Assembly: GCA_943788985.1 (NCBI GenBank)
Contig: CALSSJ010000026.1
Coordinates: 87,744 to 151,743, forward strand
Length of the DNA: 64,000 nt
DNA from: an uncultured Lentisphaerales bacterium
GTDB lineage: Bacteria > Verrucomicrobiota > Lentisphaeria > JABSQK01 > UBA12247
Reading direction: 5' to 3'
The translations under genes were made by a program, and so were the position numbers. Positions 55,471 to 63,472 of this stretch are shown one piece after another (the stretch's first letter is position 1; every line of letters starts with the position of its first letter). A model generated the notes under the pieces. The model was given only the letters and a program-made list of their open reading frames with translations. It had not been told where the DNA came from and searched no databases.

Positions 55471-55669
55471 CTGAGCAACCCCACATCGTGAAGCTCAAGG
55501 AGTATCTGTGCGAGGGAGTGAATCCAGTCATCCGAGCCGGGGTGAAGACCGTTACGCCCAAAGCGGTCAGCTACGACAGCCCTTTGTGCAAGACGTGGAA
55601 GAAGGCGCTAATCGAATTGAAGAAAAGGATCAGTCGGTCGAGACTCATGTGGCGAGCCGACTGGACGCG

Positions 55670-56200
55670 ATGGAGCTGACCTGTACCTACATCCTCGGCG
55701 CCAACGGGCGCTTCGAAAGCGCGACCGGGGCGGGCTACTGAATCTGGAAGTGGGGATCAAGTTCCTGGCCAGTGATCAATTTGATCGCTCGAGTTGGGAC
55801 AAGCAGGCCTACTGGTCGACCTACCCGGAGGGACACATCGGCCGGTTCACAACGGATAAGCCGGAATGGGCGCAGAAGCCCGACGCTACTTGGGCCCAAG
55901 ATATCTGGGAATTCTACTTCCTGGGCTGGGGGTGCCGGGCGGCAAGCTGCTGACCTATGCGGCGTATGCGACGAAGCAGACCATGAGGACCTACACCTTG
56001 GAGGATACCGATGCCAACAAGGCGCCAACCGGCGATGGCGATGGCAGAACCACTACAGCCCGTTTCGGGCAGTTCAGCGACAAGACCTACTACCTCTACC
56101 TCCTCGAAACGCTCGACTACACCTCCTCTGGGGCAACTACAGCTCCGAAATCCGGCCAGCAACTCAGCACCAGCGCGTGGCTGGACTTGGCCTGAATAAG
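55670..56200 (+). pseudogene. Degraded C-terminal fragment of a GH2-like glycosidase
   Basis: 'SWDKQAYWSTYPEGHIGR...WAQDIWEFYFLGWG'; frameshifts; paralogous to 22741-23110. Confidence 0.6.
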
Positions 56201-56211
56201 GGGGATGAATA

Positions 56212-56813
56212 ATGAGACTATGCGCTGTAGACAAGTCGCGCTCCACCCTGATTGAGTTACCGTTGATGATCGTCATCATCACCATCTTAGCATCTCTATT
56301 GCTGCCTTCGCTGGCGAAGGCCCGCGCAGCGGATCGGACGGCTTTTTGCCAGAATAATCTCAAGCAGATTTATCTGGCGCAGGCGCTGTACGCAAGCGAG
56401 AACAATGGAGGGACTGCCCATTCGCAGTCATGGATGTGGATGCTGACACCTGATCTTGGGCTCGACCGTACGAAGGTCTATCCCTGGCGTGATGTCTATG
56501 TCGAGGATCCTGGCAGCAATGTCCTGATCTGACCCAACGTCGAGATTGAACCGACCTACTACCGCGCCACAAACTATCGCGGATCCAAGTGGGCCTTCAC
56601 ACGCCAGCACAAACAGCGGAGCACCACACCGGCGTCTTGCTGGCAAGAGTGTCAAAGCCAACAGAAGCGATGCTTCTTGGCGAGTCGAGCCAAAATGGCT
56701 ACATCGACAACGGCGGTCAGTTGAAACGACTGTTTGTAGAAGGTCATGTCGGCAAGGGCGTTCTAACCAACGACTGGACTACGTCAATTGCCATCGCTGG
56801 TCATGGGCAGTGA
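56212..56813 (+). pseudogene. Degenerate prepilin-type (H-X9-DG family) gene
   Basis: '[44 protein letters not shown]'; TGA replaces the Cys of C-P; the C-terminal 'LFVEGHV' is in another frame. Confidence 0.75.
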
Positions 56814-56935
56814 AAGATCGCCCGCGATTTATTTTTACCATTTCACACATGAAATTCACCAGAAACACCATGCTCGTCTACGAACAGGCGATGTATAGTA
56901 GAGATTTTGTTTCAAGACAGGATACCACAGTGATC

Positions 56936-57859
56936 ATGACTGAAGATACAAAAGCCCCCAACCAGCCCCGGACGATCCTTTTCGGGAAATCCGAGTACAC
57001 GTTTCCGAGTGATGAATTGCGTCCGCTACGCGATAGCAGCGATGTCTTGGGAGATGCCGAGGCGATGCGGGAACGTCTGGCCGAGGATGGGTTTCTCTAC
57101 CTGCCCGGTTTTCTGGACCGTGAAGAAGTGCTGGCCGCGCGTCGGGAGATTCTGGCCTACATGGAGGAACAAGGCGGTCTCGAGCCGGACTCGCGCCCAT
57201 TGGACGGGGTCATGGGCCAGTACGGAAAAGGCGTGCCGATGATGGGGCGAAAGCTAATTACCCATCGCGACGCAGTGTCGCGAGTGCTGGCTGCACAGAG
57301 GTTGTACGAATTGCATGAGATGATTCAGGGCGAACCGGTGACGACGTATGAGTACAAGTGGCTGCGGGCCGTTGGCAACGAGGAATTCACGGGTGCGCAC
57401 ATGGACCACGTCTATATGGGCCGCGGCTCCAAGCGGCTGATGACAGTGTGGATTCCGTTGGCAGACATCCCCGTGGAACAGGGAACGCTGTGCATCGTTC
57501 CGGCAACCCACCGCCTTCCCGAGTTTGAGAAGCTGCGCAATACCTATGGGCGAATGGACGTGGACCGAGACCGGACTGAGGGCTGGTTTACGAAGAAGCC
57601 GCGGGAAATTACAGATACATTCGGCGGCTGCTGGCATACGACGAATATTCAGGCAGGGGATGTGATTACATTCGGGATGCATCTGATGCATGCCTCGACG
57701 ACCAACCTGACGGACAAGTGGCGGATATCCTGCGATGTGCGCTTCCAGCCATCTGCTGACCAGATTGATCCGCGCTGGGCGGGCAAAGAGCCCAAGGGAC
57801 ACCGACCGGCTCCTGATGAACGCCCCATGGCCGAAGCCCGGGCCGAATGGGGAATATGA
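56936..57859 (+). CDS. Phytanoyl-CoA dioxygenase (PhyH) family Fe(II)/2OG oxygenase
   Basis: 'EDGFLYLPG', HxD 'TGAHMD', 'TVWIPLADIP..QGTL', 'AGDVITF...MHAS..N...WRISCDVRFQ'. Confidence 0.9.
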   Translation: MTEDTKAPNQPRTILFGKSEYTFPSDELRPLRDSSDVLGDAEAMRERLAEDGFLYLPGFLDREEVLAARREILAYMEEQGGLEPDSRPLDGVMGQYGKGVPMMGRKLITHRDAVSRVLAAQRLYELHEMIQGEPVTTYEYKWLRAVGNEEFTGAHMDHVYMGRGSKRLMTVWIPLADIPVEQGTLCIVPATHRLPEFEKLRNTYGRMDVDRDRTEGWFTKKPREITDTFGGCWHTTNIQAGDVITFGMHLMHASTTNLTDKWRISCDVRFQPSADQIDPRWAGKEPKGHRPAPDERPMAEARAEWGI

Positions 57860-57974
57860 TAGTAATCAGCTGCACGAATCGAGGGGGTCACGCGGAGCGC
57901 GTGCGCTCGCGTGAATGGCCTCGCCGAACCGAGAGAATCATGGTTGGAAGAATCACGATGCTGCCAGACACAGG

Positions 57975-58382
57975 AAGGAAAAGCTGCTGAAGGATTGGCA
58001 GCTGATGGAGAAGATTGCTGATGCTGGCAAAATATGCGTGTAGCGATTCGGGCCAGAGCCGACACCCGATTCAGCGCTGTCGCAGGGGGCTCACGAGGCC
58101 CCAATCACTCACAGGACCAAGCAATAGGCCGACTTGTCTCGAAAGCAATTGCCGTTCTATCTCTCAGTGTACCTGATCGGTGCCCAGCCACATTCCTATT
58201 TCCAGTGGAATTGGGTCTGGGACTTGAGAGCGGGGCCGCTCGAACACTATCCAGAATTTCAGCGACCGCTGGGCAAGTACCGGCGGGTTCACCCGGATCG
58301 CTGGGAGTTTACCCGCGACTTTGAGCACGTCAGCGTCTGGGTCGATACAGAGAAATGGCAAGCGAACCTGGACTGGAAATAG
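57975..58382 (+). pseudogene. C-terminal remnant of a GHL15-like hydrolase, paralogue of 17719-18828
   Basis: 'KDWQLMEKIADAGKICV*RFG...YLIGAQPHSYFQWNW.WDL..GPL...EFQRPLGK' aligns to the 17719 ORF; TAG at 58041 replaces Trp. Confidence 0.85.
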
Positions 58383-58391
58383 CCTCCTGTA

Positions 58392-58448
58392 AAGCGCCGC
58401 CCCAACATTCTTTTCCTGTTATCAGATCAGCAGCGAGCGAACACTCTG
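58392..58448 (+). pseudogene. Sulfatase N-terminal micro-remnant
   Basis: 'KRRPNILFLLSDQQRANTL'. Confidence 0.5.
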
Positions 58449-58500
58449 AACGTTCGAATCGAAGCTTGTTGCCCCTGCCCCCGTCCTCAACGCCAAAGAC

Positions 58501-58552
58501 TGGTTAGCGCTGAGCTCCCAATCTAGGTAGGGAGCTCAGCGCCAATCATTTT
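58501..58552. terminator. Strong hairpin, probable intrinsic (possibly bidirectional) terminator
   Basis: 13-bp perfect stem gcgctgagctccc / gggagctcagcgc, extendable to about 19 bp, followed by tttt; lies between convergent units. Confidence 0.55.
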
Positions 58553-58685
58553 GAACAGATTGGTGATGGCCGTCGGCTACGAGCCAGAGTACCAACTGAG
58601 TACGATGACTCCGATCAATCCGAACCGCAATCGTCAACCACGCACTGCACCTGTTAGCGCCAAGGCGCCATAGGTGAGTGCGGGG

Positions 58686-58744
58686 TTATAACGTCACTCC
58701 TCAGGCGCGGCCTTCAGGACGTCGCCTGCAGGAGATGGTTCGGT
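58686..58744 (-). repeat. attC site A (59 bp)
   Basis: Minus: ACCGAAC catct CCTGCAGG ... CCTGAGG agtgac GTTATAA; L'' carries one extra base. Confidence 0.9.
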
Positions 58745-60337
58745 TCGTCCTCTGTAGGCGGTGTTTGCCCTGGTTGAACGTTGCATGCTTTTCATGGATG
58801 TTGCTTTGTCCCGTTTCGCAGATGTCTGCTCCTTGCTCTCGCCCGGGTTCACATACCACTCGCTGTCGATATGGGCTTCGGTAAAGACCTGCCTGAGTCT
58901 GTCGATGACCTCCGGATTGCTTTTTGCTAGATCATTCTTGCACGCAAGGTCCTCAGTGACGTCATACAGCTTTATCGGTTTGGAAGGGTGATCCCGGTAT
59001 GCCCACCACTGATCCAGGCGAATACTTTGAGCATGCGGTGACATGGTTCCATTCTCCCAATAGAGATATCGATGTGTCTCTTGTTCATCCGGTTTGCCGC
59101 GCAGTATCGGGGCGAAGCTGATCCCATCGGTTTTCGGGGGAGCGATACTTGCCAGGTCGGCTACCGTTGCCAATACGTCATACAGGGCGCAGAGGTGGTC
59201 ATTTTCTCCTGCCTTAATCTTGTCCTTCCAATAGACGAAGAAGGGAACTCGCACACCACCTTCATGGGTGGAGGTGAACTTCCCTTTCGGCCATGGACCT
59301 TTGTTCTTGAACAGAGGATCATCCTCATGTCGAGGTCTGCCGAAGTACCCCCACTGGCTGTATCCATTGTCACCGGCAAAGAAGATTACGGTGTTATCCA
59401 GGATCTCAAGCTGCTCCATCAGGTCAACCATCCTTCCAACGCCGCGGTCCAGGTGCCCGAGCATGGCTGCCCATTCCTTGTGTTTCAGGTCCCAAGGCTT
59501 GTCTTTGTAGGCTCCAAGGTCGGGTGTGATACACGGGCCGTGGGGAAGTTGGGTTGCGTAGTAGAGGAAGAAAGGTTTGTCCCGGTTCTTTTTAATAAAC
59601 GAAAGAGCCTCATCCTGGAACAGGTCTTCGGAATATTTTGCCGCGGCGGCGACTGGGACACCGTCGGGGACGAGGTGCCCATGCTCGTCGTATATGTTCT
59701 TCACGTCGTCCAGTCTATCTGGCGGACGCCCATTGTAGGTGTAAACACGCTTCATGTTGAATCCGTAATTCTCAGGAATCGGCTCCGGCTTCCCGTTTCT
59801 CATCAGGTAGTGGGGGAAGAAGCCATGAGCCCGCCCCTGATCGTAGTATCCGTACGAGAAGTCGAATCCCTGCTTGTCAGGAGCTCCCTCGGTGCCGGGC
59901 AAACCAATGCCCCACTTGCCGATAAAACCTGTGGTGTACCCGGCCCCTTTGAGCACCTCGGCCACCGTGACATCCTCACTCAACAGGTGATCCTGTCCCC
60001 GGACTGAACTATTTGCGCGGATACGGCAATGTCCCATGTGCATTCCGGTCATCAGGCTTCCGCGGGATGGGGCGCATTCCGGCGAACCGCTATACGCCTG
60101 AGTGAACCGGATGCCGTTCATTGCCAGCTTATCGAGATTGGGAGTCCGAAACTGCTCTTGTCCGTAGCTGCTCAAATCGCGGTATGACAGGTCGTCTGAG
60201 AAAATGAACAGTATATTGGGCTTGCGCTCGAGCTCTTTTGCGAGCGTCGAGCAACAGAGCATCGCCACCGTAATCATACCCAGACCAAGGTGTGTCAGGA
60301 TGTGCCATTGTCCAAAAGCTCGTTTAGTACTTGTCAT
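58694..60337 (-). CDS. Sulfatase (S1, Cys-type) carried as a gene cassette
   Basis: AGGAGG RBS right after attC B; 'PNILFIFSDDLSY', 'CAPSRGSLMTG', 'GKWG', 'HEGGVRVP'; stop codon lies inside attC A. Confidence 0.95.
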   Translation of the reverse strand: MTSTKRAFGQWHILTHLGLGMITVAMLCCSTLAKELERKPNILFIFSDDLSYRDLSSYGQEQFRTPNLDKLAMNGIRFTQAYSGSPECAPSRGSLMTGMHMGHCRIRANSSVRGQDHLLSEDVTVAEVLKGAGYTTGFIGKWGIGLPGTEGAPDKQGFDFSYGYYDQGRAHGFFPHYLMRNGKPEPIPENYGFNMKRVYTYNGRPPDRLDDVKNIYDEHGHLVPDGVPVAAAAKYSEDLFQDEALSFIKKNRDKPFFLYYATQLPHGPCITPDLGAYKDKPWDLKHKEWAAMLGHLDRGVGRMVDLMEQLEILDNTVIFFAGDNGYSQWGYFGRPRHEDDPLFKNKGPWPKGKFTSTHEGGVRVPFFVYWKDKIKAGENDHLCALYDVLATVADLASIAPPKTDGISFAPILRGKPDEQETHRYLYWENGTMSPHAQSIRLDQWWAYRDHPSKPIKLYDVTEDLACKNDLAKSNPEVIDRLRQVFTEAHIDSEWYVNPGESKEQTSAKRDKATSMKSMQRSTRANTAYRGRTEPSPAGDVLKAAPEE

Positions 60338-60355
60338 TTTGTCGTAGCCTCCTGT

Positions 60356-60482
60356 ACCGAACGTCAAAGCTGACCCACGCCTGAACGGAGAGCGAGCTTT
60401 GACTTCAGGATGATTGTTTGGCCGGACATTGCGCTTTCGACTCGCAGCGGGGCAGGCGTTGGCGTCCAGCCGCTTGTTCGCT
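60356..60482 (-). repeat. attC site B (127 bp)
   Basis: Minus: AGCGAAC aagcg GCTGGACG ... GGTCAGC tttgac GTTCGGT. Confidence 0.9.
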
Positions 60483-60493
60483 CGCGAATGCCC

Positions 60494-61531
60494 CTACTTC
60501 TTTGCTTCCGAGCGTTTGAGGTAAATGGACTTGTCATAATAGGACACATGAGCATCGGTTGCGTTCAATACATCCATGCCAATGATACACGAATGTTTTT
60601 TGATTTCTCCCGAAACTACAGACGTCCTGGGGCGCACACCGGCAATCGATATTTTTCCAATTCTGAATTCCTCGAGTTCAACCCGTTCCGATTTATGAGA
60701 GTGGCCGTTCGCATTCGTTGTGCCTCCCCCCGCAGCCCCGCCCGACCCGCTCAATGCCTGATTCCTGTAAGGCCTTTGGATTCACCGCCGTTTTGGTGGC
60801 GCCCGTATCAAGGAGAGCCCGCATTTTCTTCCCGTTAATTGAGGTCTCGACCAAGGTTCTCTTTTTTTTTGCAGAAGGGAATGAAGCAATATCTCCAATT
60901 GGGGCAATCAAATTCGATTGGGTGGCGATAGTATGCCTCCTGGTCGGTGAAAGCGTCCCGAGTTGGAAAGCTGACATCGGCACCCTTCTCAGGCACTTCG
61001 AGCAGGAGGGCCTGATCGGGAATAGAAAGAATGGCATGAAGCGACTTCATGACATCCTCTCCAATGATGGCCACAACAGGCGGGGCGTCATCCCCCTCTG
61101 CTTGTACAACAAGCTGAAAATCATCCGCATTGTTCGCCACAACGGAAAGAGGGCCGATTTGAAAGTGGATATCCACCTCATAGGACTCATGGACCTCACC
61201 CATCATACCATAAATGGTTTTTTCCCGCTGGCCTGTCGGCAATCTCGAACCCGCGTTCCTGGAGATAAGAGCGATTAAATCTGGTTTCCATCGCTCCTGT
61301 ATCTAGCATGGCGAAGGCCTCTTCTCCCCCGACAACGATCCGGATGAAGAGATGTCCTGAATCGTGAATATCGGAACAGCGACCGCATAGCAGACCTATT
61401 TTTCCCTTCTCAAAAGGGTGCACATAAAAGACGGGCTTCCTGGATATCTCGCTTGCGGAAGGAAAGATGACCGCGATCAGCACCGCGACGGCTGCGGCGA
61501 AAACCGACAAAAGTAAGATTCTGCGCGGCAT
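60494..61531 (-). CDS. Cassette-borne retropepsin-like aspartyl protease with two DTG domains, broken by frameshifts in homopolymer runs
   Basis: 'FAMLDTGA' and 'RALLDTGATKTAV', 'IIGEDVM', 'IIGMDVL'; frame changes near 61220, 60865 and 60730. Confidence 0.75.
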
Positions 61532-61543
61532 CGGTAGATTATG

Positions 61544-61602
61544 AGCGAACGTTACGAGTGACCCTTCGCGGGCCCGCGATAAACTCCCCACGCTGGTTGG
61601 CC
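61544..61602 (-). repeat. attC site C (59 bp, L'' arm degenerate)
   Basis: Minus: GGCCAAC ... tcgcgggcccgcga hairpin ... GGTCACT cgtaac GTTCGCT. Confidence 0.75.
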
Positions 61603-61981
61603 GTTCTTGTTTCAACGTGAATCTGCATACAAGCAGAGAAAGCAGGAGCACGAGATAGGAACCGGGCCATCCGACCCAGAGATTACATGGTGTCGCAACG
61701 ACTATCCATGTAAGCGCCGATGCTCCGGTGATCATGCCGACCTTGACGGGCGGGAGTCTCCATCCCAGAAGGGTATAGAATGGCCACGAGATGATCGCGC
61801 AGACCGCAACAGGCATCGACAAGCCCAGCAAGAAAGGAGGATGGTGGAGCGTGGACAGCCCATGAGCTAAGAAGACCTCCGGCAGACTCAGCGTTTGCAC
61901 GATTAGCCAAGCCGTAGCGAAGACGAGCGACGAGATGACGCTGACTCCGAGGTACGCGATGACTCTGTGCATTGTTTTCAT
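61603..61981 (-). CDS. Cassette-borne small 4-TM membrane protein (no stop codon before attC C as assembled)
   Basis: ATG 61981 just after attC D; four hydrophobic segments; frame runs through attC C. Confidence 0.6.
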
Positions 61982-61987
61982 TTTATC

Positions 61988-62063
61988 GGCGAACGTCCAA
62001 GCTCACCCGATGAGGCCGGCCGCGGAGCGCCTGGCCGAATTAGGGTGAAGCGCAGTGTTCGAT
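61988..62063 (-). repeat. attC site D (76 bp)
   Basis: Minus: ATCGAAC actgc GCTTCACC ... GGTGAGC ttggac GTTCGCC. Confidence 0.9.
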
Positions 62064-62102
62064 TGCATCGGCAGCCGAGTTGACATGACGAGAGAGATCA
62101 GT

Positions 62103-62444
62103 TTATGAAGGGTCAGCAACGGGATCCTCTCCAAATCTGTTCGGACCTGTGGTCCCTTTTAGAAAGCAAATTTCTGTCAAAGGCCATAGGTTTACGAGTG
62201 GAACTAGGTAAAGCAAAATAAACCATCCGGAGCGGTTGCGATCATGACACCGCTTGATTTGGACTGCCAAGAATACCCAAATCGCTAAGAAACCAACTAT
62301 AGAAGAAAATAATTCCCGCTCTATTAGGCCATCAATTATGCCCACGATGATAGATATACCTGCAAATGCCAAATATGTCCTCAACCAGAGATCGGACCGG
62401 CTTGCCCTTCCCTTTGGTGAGAACCACAGTGTTATTATATTCAT
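62103..62444 (-). CDS. DUF805 family membrane protein (cassette)
   Basis: 'FSPKGRASRSDLW', 'AVQIKRCHDRNRSGWFILL', 'KGTTGPNRFGEDP'. Confidence 0.92.
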   Translation of the reverse strand: MNIITLWFSPKGRASRSDLWLRTYLAFAGISIIVGIIDGLIERELFSSIVGFLAIWVFLAVQIKRCHDRNRSGWFILLYLVPLVNLWPLTEICFLKGTTGPNRFGEDPVADPS

Positions 62445-62466
62445 TTCATTTCCTTTTATCTAGTGA

Positions 62467-62564
62467 ATCGAATGTCAAACGCTCGCCGAATCAGGTCGAG
62501 TGCCTTTAGGCGTCCCCGCCGGGAGGAGGTCTTGGATTTAGCAGTTAAGCATATGAAGTTCGGC
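62467..62564 (-). repeat. Degenerate attC site E (right half recognisable, R' = ATTCGAT)
   Basis: Minus '...GGCGAGC gtttgac ATTCGAT' resembles the right arms of B and D; TTCGAT matches the R'' of attC D; left boundary uncertain. Confidence 0.55.
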
Positions 62565-62623
62565 CCCTGGCCTCAACTTCCCGCTCATAAACAGCTTCCG
62601 TGTGCCATCAGCAAATCTTATGT

Positions 62624-62682
62624 AGCGAACGTCACTCCTCAGGCGCGGCCTTTAGGACGTCGCCTGCAAGAGATTGTTCTGC
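62624..62682 (-). repeat. attC site F (59 bp, same family as A)
   Basis: Minus: GCAGAAC aatct CTTGCAGG cgacgtcctaaaggccgcg CCTGAGG agtgac GTTCGCT. Confidence 0.9.
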
Positions 62683-63396
62683 GGCTCTTCGTTCGTCTCG
62701 CATTACTGAGATCTGCGCTACGAGAAAAACTATGCCCAGTGCGAGGACACACAGTCCGACCGAAAGGAAGATGAATGTAACCCCCCGAAAGCCTGGCTCG
62801 AGTAGACACTTGCCCGGCTTATCGGGCATATAGTAGACGCGAGCACTGCTACCCTTGGGGTAGCGTTTGACGATGCGTCTTGCATGGGCCGACTTGCCTC
62901 GGCTAACATCTGTAGATGCGACACGATCGCCTTTGTATGTCACGCCATCAACGGTGAACTCATAAGTGACTTTGGCATGGTAAGATGTGCTTCTGTCCGT
63001 TCCGCTTCCCGACGTTTCACGCTCGACCACGGACTGCAGGATTCGGGCTTCGGTGCTGGGCCAGGTTCTGCTCTCAAAGCCCAGGGCAAGACCATGGATG
63101 CCGAACGCGGTAAATACTGTGCCAACCACGAGAAAAAGGGAAATGAAGCCCCATGTGGCTTTTGACTCCTGTTTTGCGGTCAGGGCGGGACGTGATGACG
63201 GCGCGGGCATGGCTTCCGGGAACTGCTCACTCATCCTGGAGACAATGCGTCCGGTCTCCATCGCGGCTTGAATCTTGCCAAGGCCCTTCTGCTCTATCAG
63301 TAACTGAGCCGCTTCCCGACACCTGTCTTGATAAATAAGGTCCTGAACGTCCCTGGGCACATCTTCCAAGTACTGCCTCTCACGCGTGTCATTCAT
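62632..63396 (-). CDS. DUF3592-like membrane protein (cassette)
   Basis: 'SRTWPSTEARILQS...VTYEFTVDGVTYKGDR...YPKGSSARVYYMPDKP..CLLEPG' between two TM helices; stop lies inside attC F. Confidence 0.85.
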   Translation of the reverse strand: MNDTRERQYLEDVPRDVQDLIYQDRCREAAQLLIEQKGLGKIQAAMETGRIVSRMSEQFPEAMPAPSSRPALTAKQESKATWGFISLFLVVGTVFTAFGIHGLALGFESRTWPSTEARILQSVVERETSGSGTDRSTSYHAKVTYEFTVDGVTYKGDRVASTDVSRGKSAHARRIVKRYPKGSSARVYYMPDKPGKCLLEPGFRGVTFIFLSVGLCVLALGIVFLVAQISVMRDERRAAEQSLAGDVLKAAPEE

Positions 63397-63410
63397 CCTT
63401 CCATCTCCTG

Positions 63411-63469
63411 GCAGAATGCCACTCCTTAGGCGCGGCCTTTAAGCTGCCGCCTGGAGGAGATTGTTCGTA
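63411..63469 (-). repeat. attC site G (59 bp, same family as A/F; R' = ATTCTGC)
   Basis: Minus: TACGAAC aatct CCTCCAGG cggcagcttaaaggccgcg CCTAAGG agtggc ATTCTGC. Confidence 0.85.
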
Positions 63470-63472
63470 CTG

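Noticed and set aside
18885..56813. Diversity-generating retroelement acting on the prepilin paralogues
   Set aside because: No reverse transcriptase and no near-identical template/variable repeat pair differing at adenines.
58560..58685. Further cassette or attC to the left of attC A
   Set aside because: 'gcgctaac' occurs but has no matching L/R arms and no ORF; the array appears to end at attC A.
58686..63469. Repeated 59-bp sequence as a CRISPR array
   Set aside because: Copies are separated by whole genes (0.7-3.9 kb), have attC architecture, and no cas genes are present.
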